Assembly: GCA_031372065.1 (NCBI GenBank)
Contig: JANMKN010000110.1
Coordinates: forward strand, 1-15,631
Direction: 5' to 3'
From: Abditibacteriaceae bacterium
Lineage (GTDB): Bacteria > Armatimonadota > Abditibacteriia > Abditibacteriales > Abditibacteriaceae
DNA: 15,631 nt
Each line of letters opens with the position of its first letter. The first letter of the stretch is position 1. The notes below the pieces were generated by a model. That model had not been told where the DNA came from and did not search any database. It saw only the letters and a program-made list of their open reading frames with translations. Below, one piece after another: positions 1 through 8,348 of this stretch. Both the position numbers and the translations under genes were made by a program.

Positions 1-3000
1 AAACGGCGGGGGCATCGGAGGGCACGGGGCGGCCTTGGGTGTCGAGCAAACCGTTCCATGTCACTTTGATTTCGTCGCCGTTGAACATGGTGCCATCAGT
101 CAAAAGCAGCGTTACCGTATTGGTTTTAACACTGTAAGTCGCTTTTTCGGCGACGATGGCCCTGCCATTGACGGCGATGAAGTAACGCGTCACGTCGGTG
201 GCGGTAGCGCTGTCGAGCGGGCCGGTGAAAGCGAGTTGAATGGTCGAATCGCGGCCACTGGGAATGACCGTGGAAATCGCCACATTCGACGTGATGTCTA
301 CTTTCGCTGCCGCGCCTTTGTTGATGGTAATTTGAACGCTATGCACGCTGACGTTACCGGCGTTATCGAAGGCAACGCCTTTGAGTTGATAATCGCCATC
401 CAGCAAATCGGCGCCAGCAGGCAACTGCGTGTTCAGGCCCCAGTTAGTGCCATTCACTGTCGCTTTATTGCCGGTTTCGACATCCACCCATTTGGTGTAG
501 AACCAGCGGAAGTTATCGCTAAGACGCTTGATAACCACGTCCACACGGCGGATACCGCTGCCGTTTTCGATAACCGTGCCGCCAATCAGCGTGAAACCGG
601 TGAGAATTTGGCCGTTGGTCGGCTTGGTGACAGTGATGACGGGTGCCGTGCGGTCAAGCGTGAAGTATGTCTGCACCACGCTGCTTTGATTGTTGTTGTC
701 GAAGGCCACTGCGCGCACTAAATAAAGGCTGTCGGTCAAATTGGCGCCTGTGGGTAAGTCCGTCAGGCGCCATGTGCCCGCCGTGGCATTTACCGTCGAA
801 AGCCGAAAATAAATGTTGGTAATCCACGTTGTGCCGTTCCAATATTCATAAGCGCCATCGGCCTTGCGACGACCAATCGCCACCACAACGCGGTTCAGCG
901 ACGCGCTATTTTTGGCCTGCGCCGTGCCGGAAATTTCGGTTATCGTGTTCACTACCGCCTTATCCACAGGCGTGCTAATCGCCACATCGGGCGGCGCGAG
1001 AGGCTGATCGTGCGCGATGATTTGAAAACCATTAATCGGCGCGCGTTTGGTGCCGTTGTCCGACGTGCCCGGCGTGGCTGTTATCGAGAACGAAGTGCCC
1101 GTCAGGTTCGGATAAATCATGTAATTGCCAACGCGATTGCTGCCCAACGCATACGGCCCGCTGAAATTTTTGCCGCTTCCATCGGTGCAAACATAGCTGC
1201 GCGAACCGACTTTGTAAGTGCCCGCGCGCGTTACCGTGCCGTTATCGCCGTCCACATAAACGTAAACATCGTAGCTGTTGGTGGTATAAGGCGCGCCCAA
1301 ACCGCTAACGTTTACCGTTGTGGTGCTGATGTTCGAGGTATCAAGGTAGCCCTTCATCATGCGGAAGTCGCCGGCGGTATCGGCGATGTTCAGGCTGTTT
1401 ATAGCGTTCGATGTCCACGCTATGCTGCCCGCTACGACGTTGCCATCCGATTGCTTCAAGCTGCTTTGCGTGCCCGCATTCCCGCTCAAGTTGTTCCAAT
1501 TGGGCGCTTTGACGGCACCGGCATTTTCCGTTGCGCCCATCGCTGTTGGCGTGCCATTGGCGCTGCTACCGCCCACGAAGTTGATGCTGATGATGTTGGA
1601 CGGCGGCCCAAACGGTTTGGCGCTGGCCGTATTGGAGGCTGGGCCATCGCCAATGCTATTGACGCCGTAAACGCGGAAGTAATAAGTGGTGCCGTTAGTC
1701 AGGCCCGTATTGGCGTAGCTGGTGCCCAAAATGCCGCCGCGCACCGTGACAAACGGGCCGATGGCCGAAGTCGCGCGCTGTAAAACGTAACTTGTCGCGC
1801 CAAGCGCGGCTGACCATGTTAATCCAACACGGCCATTGCCCGCGACGGCTTTAAGATTGGTGGGCGCGATGGGCGCCGTCAAACCATTTTGATGCGCCAC
1901 AATTTGCAAGCCATTGACCGGCGCTCGCGTAATTGAGTTGGTTGAAACGCCGGGCGCCGCGCTCAAGGTGAAATTATTAGCGGTCAGGTTGGAGAAAACC
2001 ACATAGTTGCCGACATCGCCCGAACCGGCCTGCACAAATGTGCCGTCAAAGTTGAGATTTCGCTCGTCGGCAGCACGCAATGTGCTGTTGCCAATGGTGT
2101 AATCGCCCGTGATGGTTTCTGTCGGGTTGATGCCATCCACATAAACGTAAACATCATAACCGCTGGAAGTGAAACTGGCGGGAATTCCCGTCACCTGCAC
2201 CTGCGAAAGCGAAGTGTTGTTGCCGCTGAGATAGCCCTTCATCATGCGCGCATGACCGGCACTTTCAGGAATTTCAGTGCTGGACGTATTCAGGCAAGTC
2301 CAGCTTGCGGCGGCGCTGGTGCTGTTGCCGCCGTTGTCTGTCAAGGCCGACAAAGTGCCTTGATTGGTTTTTGCCGCGTTCCAATTCGCCGCTGCGACGA
2401 CCCCCGCGACTTCATCGGCGGTCATGGAAGCGGGCGTGCCGTTGGTGGCGCTGCCACCCACGAAATCAAGGCTCAGAACCGTGCCTGCCGCCGCATGAAA
2501 TGGCGTGGCGGAGGCCTGATTGGAATTGACGCCCTCGCCGCCTTCATTGGAGGCGGACACCACATAATAATACTTCGTGCCACTGGCGACAGCTTTGTCG
2601 GTGTAATTGGTGCTTGTCACGCTGCTGGCGATGAGCGTATACGGCCCGCCGCTGACGGTGGCGCGTTTGACGTTGTAGCTAATTGCCCGCGCCGCTGCGC
2701 TCCAATTCAAATTCACCTGCGACAGCCCGGCGCTCGCCGTTAAATTGGCGGGCGCGGCGGGTTTGGTGACATTGCTCGGCAACAAGCCGTAAACCACCAA
2801 TTGTTTGGAAAACGTCGCCGCATAAACCTTGCCGTTGGCGACGGTCACAGTGGAAAATTTGGCATATTTGCCGTAATCATCGCGCACGGGTAATTGATAC
2901 GAATTCCACAATTCTTTGGTTAAATCGTTGGCATCGAAAGCGCGCAACACGCCGGGCACGATAGCTTGATTCGCATCGCCGAGCCACGGCAAATTCGCCC

Positions 3001-4363
3001 AGACGATGCCGTTTTGCGTGCCATTGGCCGAAAGCGAAAGCGCCGCGCCGGGCATACCGGGCGGTGCCGGAAAAGTGCCTTTCATTGCGGGCGTCGGATC
3101 GAAAAGCGAGCCGTTGAACTTGAACGCTTTGGGATAATCGTGTTCGCTCCACACATAAATATGTTTGCCTTTGGCGCCTTCCCAATAAATCGGCGAGCCA
3201 TGCAAATGACCGCGCACCGCTTGAACTTCCTGCACGATTTGACTGTTATCTGTGGCCCTAAAGTGCCCCATATTGCTGCGATCAAGCAAGAACAGGCGGC
3301 CCAATTTTTCGCCGGTCACCAGCAAATTGGTGCCGGGAAGCAGCATCGGGCCGGATGAAGCAATATCCTGATCGGCGCGTTCGATAAAATCGGCATTCCA
3401 CGGCGCGAACCAATCTAAAATTTGCATTCCGGCGCTGGCGGGCGCCAATTTCACGACGCTGTTACCGTAATCGCGCCCGCCCGCAGGCGCCGTCAAGCTG
3501 TAGGGATTGTGATTGCCATTGGCCGTCGCAAAATAAAGATTGCCCTGCGCATCGGCGGCGGGGCCGTTGTTTGCCTGCCAGATGCCGCCACCATTGGCGT
3601 CGGGCGCCACACAAAACGCCGCGACTTGCTGCAACGTGCTGGCATTGTAAGCCACCACCCAGCCGTTCCAAGTCGCGCCGGGCGCGTATTCATCCAAAGA
3701 ACCACCGAACGCTACATAAACATAACCGTTCGCCAATAACAAACCGGGCCGCTGTTTTTGCGAGGCCGGCAGAAATCTTTGCGTGCCATTGATGCTACCC
3801 AAACCATTGCCCGGCACGCTGATATTAATCAAAACCGGGCTGCCTGCCCGACTGACACCACTACGGATATCCATCGCGTGCAAATGAAATTGCGTCGCGC
3901 CGTTGAGTTGCGATTTCACCGTTAAATAAATGGTGTTAGTCGCCGGATCAATAACCGGAGTGCCGACACTATATTCAAGAGTCGAAGGGCTAAAAATTAG
4001 ATTTCGCACCCATAGCGGTGAGCTTTGCGCTGGGTCATCGGCGTCGAACGCGTAAACGTCGCCGATTTCGGTCATCGTATAGACCACGTTGTGCGTGCCC
4101 TTGCCCGCAATGGCGACATTGGGCACATAAAGCGGCTGTGCCCAAATAATGCTCGACACCGTGCGCGAAAACAGTTTGCCGAACTGATTCACATTTACAT
4201 TGGCAGGCGTGAGAATCGTTTCCTGCAAATTGGCACCAGTGCGCGCGTTATCGTTATGCTGCGTCAGCACCGAAACTTGCGCAAAACTGGGCGAACTGAG
4301 CGCAAAAAACAGCGCAAACGCGGAAAATGCAGGCAAAAACTGCTTAAATAGGCTTTTTTTCAT
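1..4363 (-). CDS. Large secreted multidomain protein: PQQ-like beta-propeller, 2x (fibronectin type III + uncharacterised beta domain), 2x bacterial Ig-like domain, C-terminal Ig-like domain. 3' end lies outside the window (>1450 aa).
   Basis: Manual minus-strand translation from ATG 4363 (RBS GGAG upstream): MKKSLFKQFLPAFSAFALFFALSSPSFA|QVSVLTQHNDNARTGANLQETILTPANVNVNQFGKLF..AQPLYVP..VYAFDAD, i.e. a signal peptide plus a propeller ending ..KFSTVTVANGKVYAATFSKQLVVYGLL. FN3 motifs follow (PAAPANLTASAG..VNLNW..YYYVVSASNEGGEG). The same frame is open at base 2. Not in the ORF track because it has no stop in the window. Confidence 0.9.
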   Translation of the reverse strand, partial: MKKSLFKQFLPAFSAFALFFALSSPSFAQVSVLTQHNDNARTGANLQETILTPANVNVNQFGKLFSRTVSSIIWAQPLYVPNVAIAGKGTHNVVYTMTEIGDVYAFDADDPAQSSPLWVRNLIFSPSTLEYSVGTPVIDPATNTIYLTVKSQLNGATQFHLHAMDIRSGVSRAGSPVLINISVPGNGLGSINGTQRFLPASQKQRPGLLLANGYVYVAFGGSLDEYAPGATWNGWVVAYNASTLQQVAAFCVAPDANGGGIWQANNGPAADAQGNLYFATANGNHNPYSLTAPAGGRDYGNSVVKLAPASAGMQILDWFAPWNADFIERADQDIASSGPMLLPGTNLLVTGEKLGRLFLLDRSNMGHFRATDNSQIVQEVQAVRGHLHGSPIYWEGAKGKHIYVWSEHDYPKAFKFNGSLFDPTPAMKGTFPAPPGMPGAALSLSANGTQNGIVWANLPWLGDANQAIVPGVLRAFDANDLTKELWNSYQLPVRDDYGKYAKFSTVTVANGKVYAATFSKQLVVYGLLPSNVTKPAAPANLTASAGLSQVNLNWSAAARAISYNVKRATVSGGPYTLIASSVTSTNYTDKAVASGTKYYYVVSASNEGGEGVNSNQASATPFHAAAGTVLSLDFVGGSATNGTPASMTADEVAGVVAAANWNAAKTNQGTLSALTDNGGNSTSAAASWTCLNTSSTEIPESAGHARMMKGYLSGNNTSLSQVQVTGIPASFTSSGYDVYVYVDGINPTETITGDYTIGNSTLRAADERNLNFDGTFVQAGSGDVGNYVVFSNLTANNFTLSAAPGVSTNSITRAPVNGLQIVAHQNGLTAPIAPTNLKAVAGNGRVGLTWSAALGATSYVLQRATSAIGPFVTVRGGILGTSYANTGLTNGTTYYFRVYGVNSIGDGPASNTASAKPFGPPSNIISINFVGGSSANGTPTAMGATENAGAVKAPNWNNLSGNAGTQSSLKQSDGNVVAGSIAWTSNAINSLNIADTAGDFRMMKGYLDTSNISTTTVNVSGLGAPYTTNSYDVYVYVDGDNGTVTRAGTYKVGSRSYVCTDGSGKNFSGPYALGSNRVGNYMIYPNLTGTSFSITATPGTSDNGTKRAPINGFQIIAHDQPLAPPDVAISTPVDKAVVNTITEISGTAQAKNSASLNRVVVAIGRRKADGAYEYWNGTTWITNIYFRLSTVNATAGTWRLTDLPTGANLTDSLYLVRAVAFDNNNQSSVVQTYFTLDRTAPVITVTKPTNGQILTGFTLIGGTVIENGSGIRRVDVVIKRLSDNFRWFYTKWVDVETGNKATVNGTNWGLNTQLPAGADLLDGDYQLKGVAFDNAGNVSVHSVQITINKGAAAKVDITSNVAISTVIPSGRDSTIQLAFTGPLDSATATDVTRYFIAVNGRAIVAEKATYSVKTNTVTLLLTDGTMFNGDEIKVTWNGLLDTQGRPVPSDAPAV

Positions 4364-4464
4364 GGTTTAAGGCTCCAAAACGGGCCGCGAACAGACTCTT
4401 TTCGGGGCAGGCCCGCGCCGTGCCACGAATTTGCCACAGATGCTTTTATGTTATCAAACTCTTA

Positions 4465-5298
4465 TCAAATGATAAACGAATCTGGATTGAAAGTGGGAGT
4501 TTTGAACTCGGCGGTGGCGCGGCGCGAAGGCAGCGTCGGGTCGTCTTTATAATCACGCGCGGCTTGCAAGAATAGTTCCACCACGCGCGGTAAAGCGATT
4601 TTCATGGCGTCCACGACTTCGGCTTGTGTCAGCGGTTCAGGCGAAAGGCCAGCGGCTAAATTGGCGACAATCGAAACGCCCGCGTAAGAAATGTTGGCTT
4701 CGCGCGCCAAAGTCGCTTCGGGCACGCCGGTCATGCCGACGACATCGGCGCCCCACTTTTCGTAAGCGCGAATTTCCGCCGCGCTTTCAAAACGCGGCCC
4801 GTTGGCGCACAAATAAGTGCCGCCGTCGTGCAAATCAAGGCTCAAAGAGCGCGCCGTTTGCTTCAAAAGTTCGCGCAAAGCCGCGCAATACGGATTTGTT
4901 ACATCAATATGCACCGCGCCGAAATCGAAAAATGTTTTGTCGCGGTCTGAGGTGCAATCTATGAATTGATTCAGCAAAACCAAAGTGCCCGAAGACCATT
5001 CGCGGCGCAGCGAACCAACCGCCGTCGAAGCGAAAATCGCTGTCGCGCCGAGCTTTTTCAGCGCCGCGATATTGGCGCGATAATTCACGCGATGCGGCGG
5101 CAGATGCTGTGAGAGGTGTTGTGTTTGCGCGTTGGGATTGGCGTGGCGATGCAGAAAAACCATATCACGCCCCGCGTGCCGCGCTAAAGTGACCAAGGCC
5201 GCGCCGTGTTGTGTAGAGATAATTTCTTCGCGGGTTTCGGTCAAAGGCGAATTTTCGCCGCGTAAATCTACGCCTGTTCCGCCGATAATAGCTAACAT
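4465..5298 (-). CDS. mtnP: MTAP/PNP-family purine nucleoside phosphorylase (methylthioadenosine/methylthioinosine phosphorylase-like)
   Basis: Motifs IIGGTG, PPHRVNYRANIAALK, AVGSL, GPRFESAAE, GADVVGMT..PEA.LARE. C-terminal IVANLAAG has Asn rather than the MTAP-type VTDYD. Confidence 0.9.
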   Translation of the reverse strand: MLAIIGGTGVDLRGENSPLTETREEIISTQHGAALVTLARHAGRDMVFLHRHANPNAQTQHLSQHLPPHRVNYRANIAALKKLGATAIFASTAVGSLRREWSSGTLVLLNQFIDCTSDRDKTFFDFGAVHIDVTNPYCAALRELLKQTARSLSLDLHDGGTYLCANGPRFESAAEIRAYEKWGADVVGMTGVPEATLAREANISYAGVSIVANLAAGLSPEPLTQAEVVDAMKIALPRVVELFLQAARDYKDDPTLPSRRATAEFKTPTFNPDSFII

Positions 5299-5391
5299 GG
5301 TTTTAGGATTTGGATATTAGGTCTTTGGTTTAGTGGTCTTCAGTGGCCGCACGATTCAAAACCAAAAACCCAAAATCAAAGACCAAAAACC
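5299..5391. repeat. Intergenic heptamer tandem repeats arranged as two inverted arms
   Basis: Left arm ggtttta ggatttg gatatta ggtcttt ggtttag. Right arm aaaacc aaaaacc caaaatc aaagacc aaaaacc, whose reverse complement is ggttttt ggtcttt gattttg ggttttt ggtttt. Confidence 0.65.
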
Positions 5392-5552
5392 TAATCATCG
5401 TCAATTTTCAACTGGGCGCGGAATTCGTCGGAGACTTTGCGAATTTCGCGCAAGCCTTTGCCGATGTTGCGGGCCAATTCGGGCAATTTGTCAGGGCCGA
5501 ACAACAATAAAACCAACACAAAAATAACAACTAATTCGCCTGAGCCGGGCAT
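5391..5552 (-). CDS. tatA: Twin-arginine translocase TatA/TatB-family subunit (53 aa)
   Basis: Manual translation MPGSGELVVIFVLVLLLFGPDKLPELARNIGKGLREIRKVSDEFRAQLKIDDD*. It has a TM helix, an FGP hinge and an amphipathic helix, with RBS GAGG upstream. Below the ORF-track length cut-off. TatA versus TatB not resolved. Confidence 0.9.
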   Translation of the reverse strand: MPGSGELVVIFVLVLLLFGPDKLPELARNIGKGLREIRKVSDEFRAQLKIDDD

Positions 5553-5567
5553 GGTGATGTTCCTCGT

Positions 5568-6821
5568 TTACGTTCCTACCGATTGGATTTCAATTTCGGG
5601 CCACTCTGTCATTTGGGCCGTCACAGTTTGACCCGTTTCCAGCGAGGTCGTTCCTTCGGGAATGACCAACAAGGCATTAGCACGCGTCATCGTTGAAAGT
5701 CGTCCGCTGCTTTGGTCGCCGGTTAAGTGCGCCGTCCACCCATCGCCATCCGGCAACACTAAGGCGCGCACAAATTCGGTTTTGCCTGCTGGCGAGCGCA
5801 GAGGGCCGCTCAGTTTGGCGCAAACCGTAACGCGATGCAGCGCGCGGCGCCCTTGCATTTTCAAAAGCGCCAGACGCACGAATTGCTCGAAGGCGACCAT
5901 CACCGAAACCGGATTGCCCGGCAAACCGAAGATCGGAATCGTCTTTTCGCCATTTTTCCACGATGCAAACATGACAGGCTTGCCCGGTTTCATGGCGATT
6001 TTCCAAAAATGCACCTGTGCCCGCGCTTTGAGAACATCGCGCACCGGATCGAAATCTCCCGCCGAAACGCCGCCGGAAGTAATAACCGCGTCGAAATCCT
6101 GCGCTGATTCGAGTGTTTTTTCTAAATCTTCGGCTTTATCGCCGACGTGTTTGATTTGCACAATCGCGCCGCAATTTTGCGCCAGTGCCGAGAGTGCAAA
6201 CGAATTAGAATCGCGGATTTGCCCGTCTTGCAAAGGCGTGCCGAGCGGCACTAATTCGTCACCGGTTGTGATAATCAAAACGCGCGGACGCCGCGCCACA
6301 ACGACATTTTCCTGATTCAAACTCGCCAGCATTCCCCACTGCGCCGCGCCGATAATTGTGCCGTCGTGCAAAACGGTTTCGCCACGCGCCACATCGCTGC
6401 CCGCGCGACGAATGCTGGTAGCCGGCGGCACAGAAACTAAAATTTCGACCTCGTTTTCACCTTCGCGCGTGTCTTCGCGCATGACAACGGCATCGGCGCC
6501 TTGCGGCAGTGGCGCGCCCGTCATTATGCGGGCGCAAACGCCAGATGTAATTTCGCGTTGTGGAAATTGACCTGCCGCGATAGTTTCGAGAATTTGTAGT
6601 TTTACCGGCGCGTTTTGGGCAGCATTTGCAATATCGGCAGCAATGACGGCGTAGCCATCCATGGCCGAATTATCAAACGGCGGCAACTGCACATCGCTGA
6701 TAATATCGCGCGCTAAAGTGCATCCTATAACCAGTGCGTGCGTAACGGTTTCGGAAGGCAGAACTTCGATATTATCGAGCACGATTTGACGCGCTTCATC
6801 TGGCGTCACGAGGGTTCGCAT
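5568..6821 (-). CDS. moeA: Molybdopterin molybdotransferase MoeA (gephyrin-like Glp)
   Basis: PPFDNSAMDGYAV, IMTGAPLP.GADAVV, TGDELV, SGGVSAGDFD, KPGKP, GLPGNPVS, SSG.LSTM..ANAL. Start placed at ATG 6821 (MRTLVTPDEAR) rather than 6866, which overlaps the upstream gene. Confidence 0.95.
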   Translation of the reverse strand: MRTLVTPDEARQIVLDNIEVLPSETVTHALVIGCTLARDIISDVQLPPFDNSAMDGYAVIAADIANAAQNAPVKLQILETIAAGQFPQREITSGVCARIMTGAPLPQGADAVVMREDTREGENEVEILVSVPPATSIRRAGSDVARGETVLHDGTIIGAAQWGMLASLNQENVVVARRPRVLIITTGDELVPLGTPLQDGQIRDSNSFALSALAQNCGAIVQIKHVGDKAEDLEKTLESAQDFDAVITSGGVSAGDFDPVRDVLKARAQVHFWKIAMKPGKPVMFASWKNGEKTIPIFGLPGNPVSVMVAFEQFVRLALLKMQGRRALHRVTVCAKLSGPLRSPAGKTEFVRALVLPDGDGWTAHLTGDQSSGRLSTMTRANALLVIPEGTTSLETGQTVTAQMTEWPEIEIQSVGT

Positions 6822-6837
6822 GAAATTAAAATTGAAA

Positions 6838-7266
6838 TCAGCCGCGCGGCACGCCGCCTTCGGCATAGTAGCGGCCTAAATCATCGGCATCTTCGTTTTC
6901 GCGTTCTTTGGAGTGGCGGACTTGCGAAGACGCCGCCGGTTTTTCTTCTTCGGCAATTTTGGCTTGCGTAAAGGCGCGACGCTGCAAATAAAATGAATAG
7001 GCTAACGCGAACACAAAAAGCAATTCGCCCACGCGGGAGAGATGAAGTGAACGAAAGCCATTCCAGTCGAAATTTTCGGCCAGACGCAAGGCCAAAGTGA
7101 AGGCAAATAGCACACTCGCCACGATAAGAATGCGCCACACATTGCCCACTTCGCCAGTGCGCAGCAAACGATAAGTATCAATTGCCAACACAGCCGCGAC
7201 GACACTGATGGCAAACGATATCAAGGTCAACAGTTGAACGGAGGCGGCATTAATATTTTCCAGCAT
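6838..7266 (-). CDS. Hypothetical membrane protein (about 3 TM helices plus charged tail)
   Basis: 142 aa ORF co-oriented in the gene run, with three hydrophobic segments and an AGGAAG RBS-like sequence upstream. Family not recognised. Confidence 0.75.
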   Translation of the reverse strand: MLENINAASVQLLTLISFAISVVAAVLAIDTYRLLRTGEVGNVWRILIVASVLFAFTLALRLAENFDWNGFRSLHLSRVGELLFVFALAYSFYLQRRAFTQAKIAEEEKPAASSQVRHSKERENEDADDLGRYYAEGGVPRG

Positions 7267-7322
7267 GATGACTTCCTGAGAACTTCTCGCTGTCTCTTAT
7301 TCTACCCGTTTAGGCCTGCGTT

Positions 7323-8330
7323 TTAAAACTCATTTTTGAAACGCACTGCGTCACGGCAAAAGGGCGCCGTTTCCACCACGGGCAACCGCAGAGTGCTATC
7401 CTCGCGCTCATGGCGGGCGCGAATCGCTGTTGCGGCTTCGCGCGCTTGCCTTTCGTTTTCAAACAAGCCAAACACAGCCGAACCGCTGCCCGTCATTTGC
7501 GCGCCTAAAGCGCCCTGCGCTCGCAACATAGCCGCCATGGGACGCAATTCCGGCAATATTTTTTGCGCGGCGCGTTCGAGATCGTTGCCCAAAGCGCATG
7601 CCACACTTTTAAGATGCGGCGGCGCCACATCCACACGTTGCAGCGACGTGCGCGTCAAATCTTCGAGCGTCAGGCCCGTGCCACGCAAATCAGTATCGCC
7701 CAAAGCCTCCAACATTTGCGGCGTGGCGCGCTGTGATTCTTCGTTCATCGCATCCCACGCACCGTAAACGGCGGGCGTCGAAAGAGTTTGCGAGGATTGC
7801 ACAATCACCAGCCAGCCATCCAGCGCCGGAAGTGGCGATAAACGATCTCCAATGCCTTCCATCAAAGCTGCGCCGCCCCTCAAAAAAAACGGCACATCCG
7901 CGCCAATTTTCGCCGCCGCGCGCATGAGTTCGCTTTCGTTTAGCACATCGCGGTGCTGCCGATTAAACGCCAACAAAGTCGCCGCCGCGTTGCCGCTGCC
8001 GCCGCCAAGTCCCGCCCCAAAAGGAATGTGTTTTTCCAGTTCGATGTGGCAATAAACCGGATGCGTGTGCCCCTTGCCCTGCGCAGCTTCGAGCCATGCC
8101 CGCGCCGCTTTGAGACACAAATTATTCTCGTCTACTAATTCTGCCCGATTGCAGCCAACGGTGATCGCCGTTTTGTGGTTGTGATTAGCTTCAAAATCAA
8201 AACGGAGCCTGTCCCATAAACCAACTGCGTGAACTACGCTTTGCAATTCATGGTAACCATCGCGCCGCCGCGACAAAACATCGAGAGTCAAATTGACTTT
8301 TGCAGCCGAATACACAACCAGTGGTTTCAC
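7323..8330 (-). CDS. ispE: 4-diphosphocytidyl-2-C-methyl-D-erythritol kinase
   Basis: AKVNLTLDV..R.DGYHEL, KHIPFGAGLGGGSGNAA (GHMP kinase ATP loop), GADVPFF, NDLE, MTGSGSAVF. GTG start. Confidence 0.95.
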   Translation of the reverse strand: MKPLVVYSAAKVNLTLDVLSRRRDGYHELQSVVHAVGLWDRLRFDFEANHNHKTAITVGCNRAELVDENNLCLKAARAWLEAAQGKGHTHPVYCHIELEKHIPFGAGLGGGSGNAAATLLAFNRQHRDVLNESELMRAAAKIGADVPFFLRGGAALMEGIGDRLSPLPALDGWLVIVQSSQTLSTPAVYGAWDAMNEESQRATPQMLEALGDTDLRGTGLTLEDLTRTSLQRVDVAPPHLKSVACALGNDLERAAQKILPELRPMAAMLRAQGALGAQMTGSGSAVFGLFENERQAREAATAIRARHEREDSTLRLPVVETAPFCRDAVRFKNEF

Positions 8331-8348
8331 GCCGCGTAGTTTAAGGAA

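Noticed and set aside
35..4351. Long plus-strand ORFs (35-721, 1010-1783, 2252-2743, 2966-3358, 3422-3739, 4025-4351)
   Set aside because: Antisense shadows of the large minus-strand gene, in register with its codons and without recognisable motifs.
4411..4438. Sigma54-like GG-N10-GC and GTGGCA direct repeat upstream of the large secreted gene (minus strand)
   Set aside because: The -12 element is non-consensus (TGGC/GGGC instead of TTGC), so the match is too weak to call.
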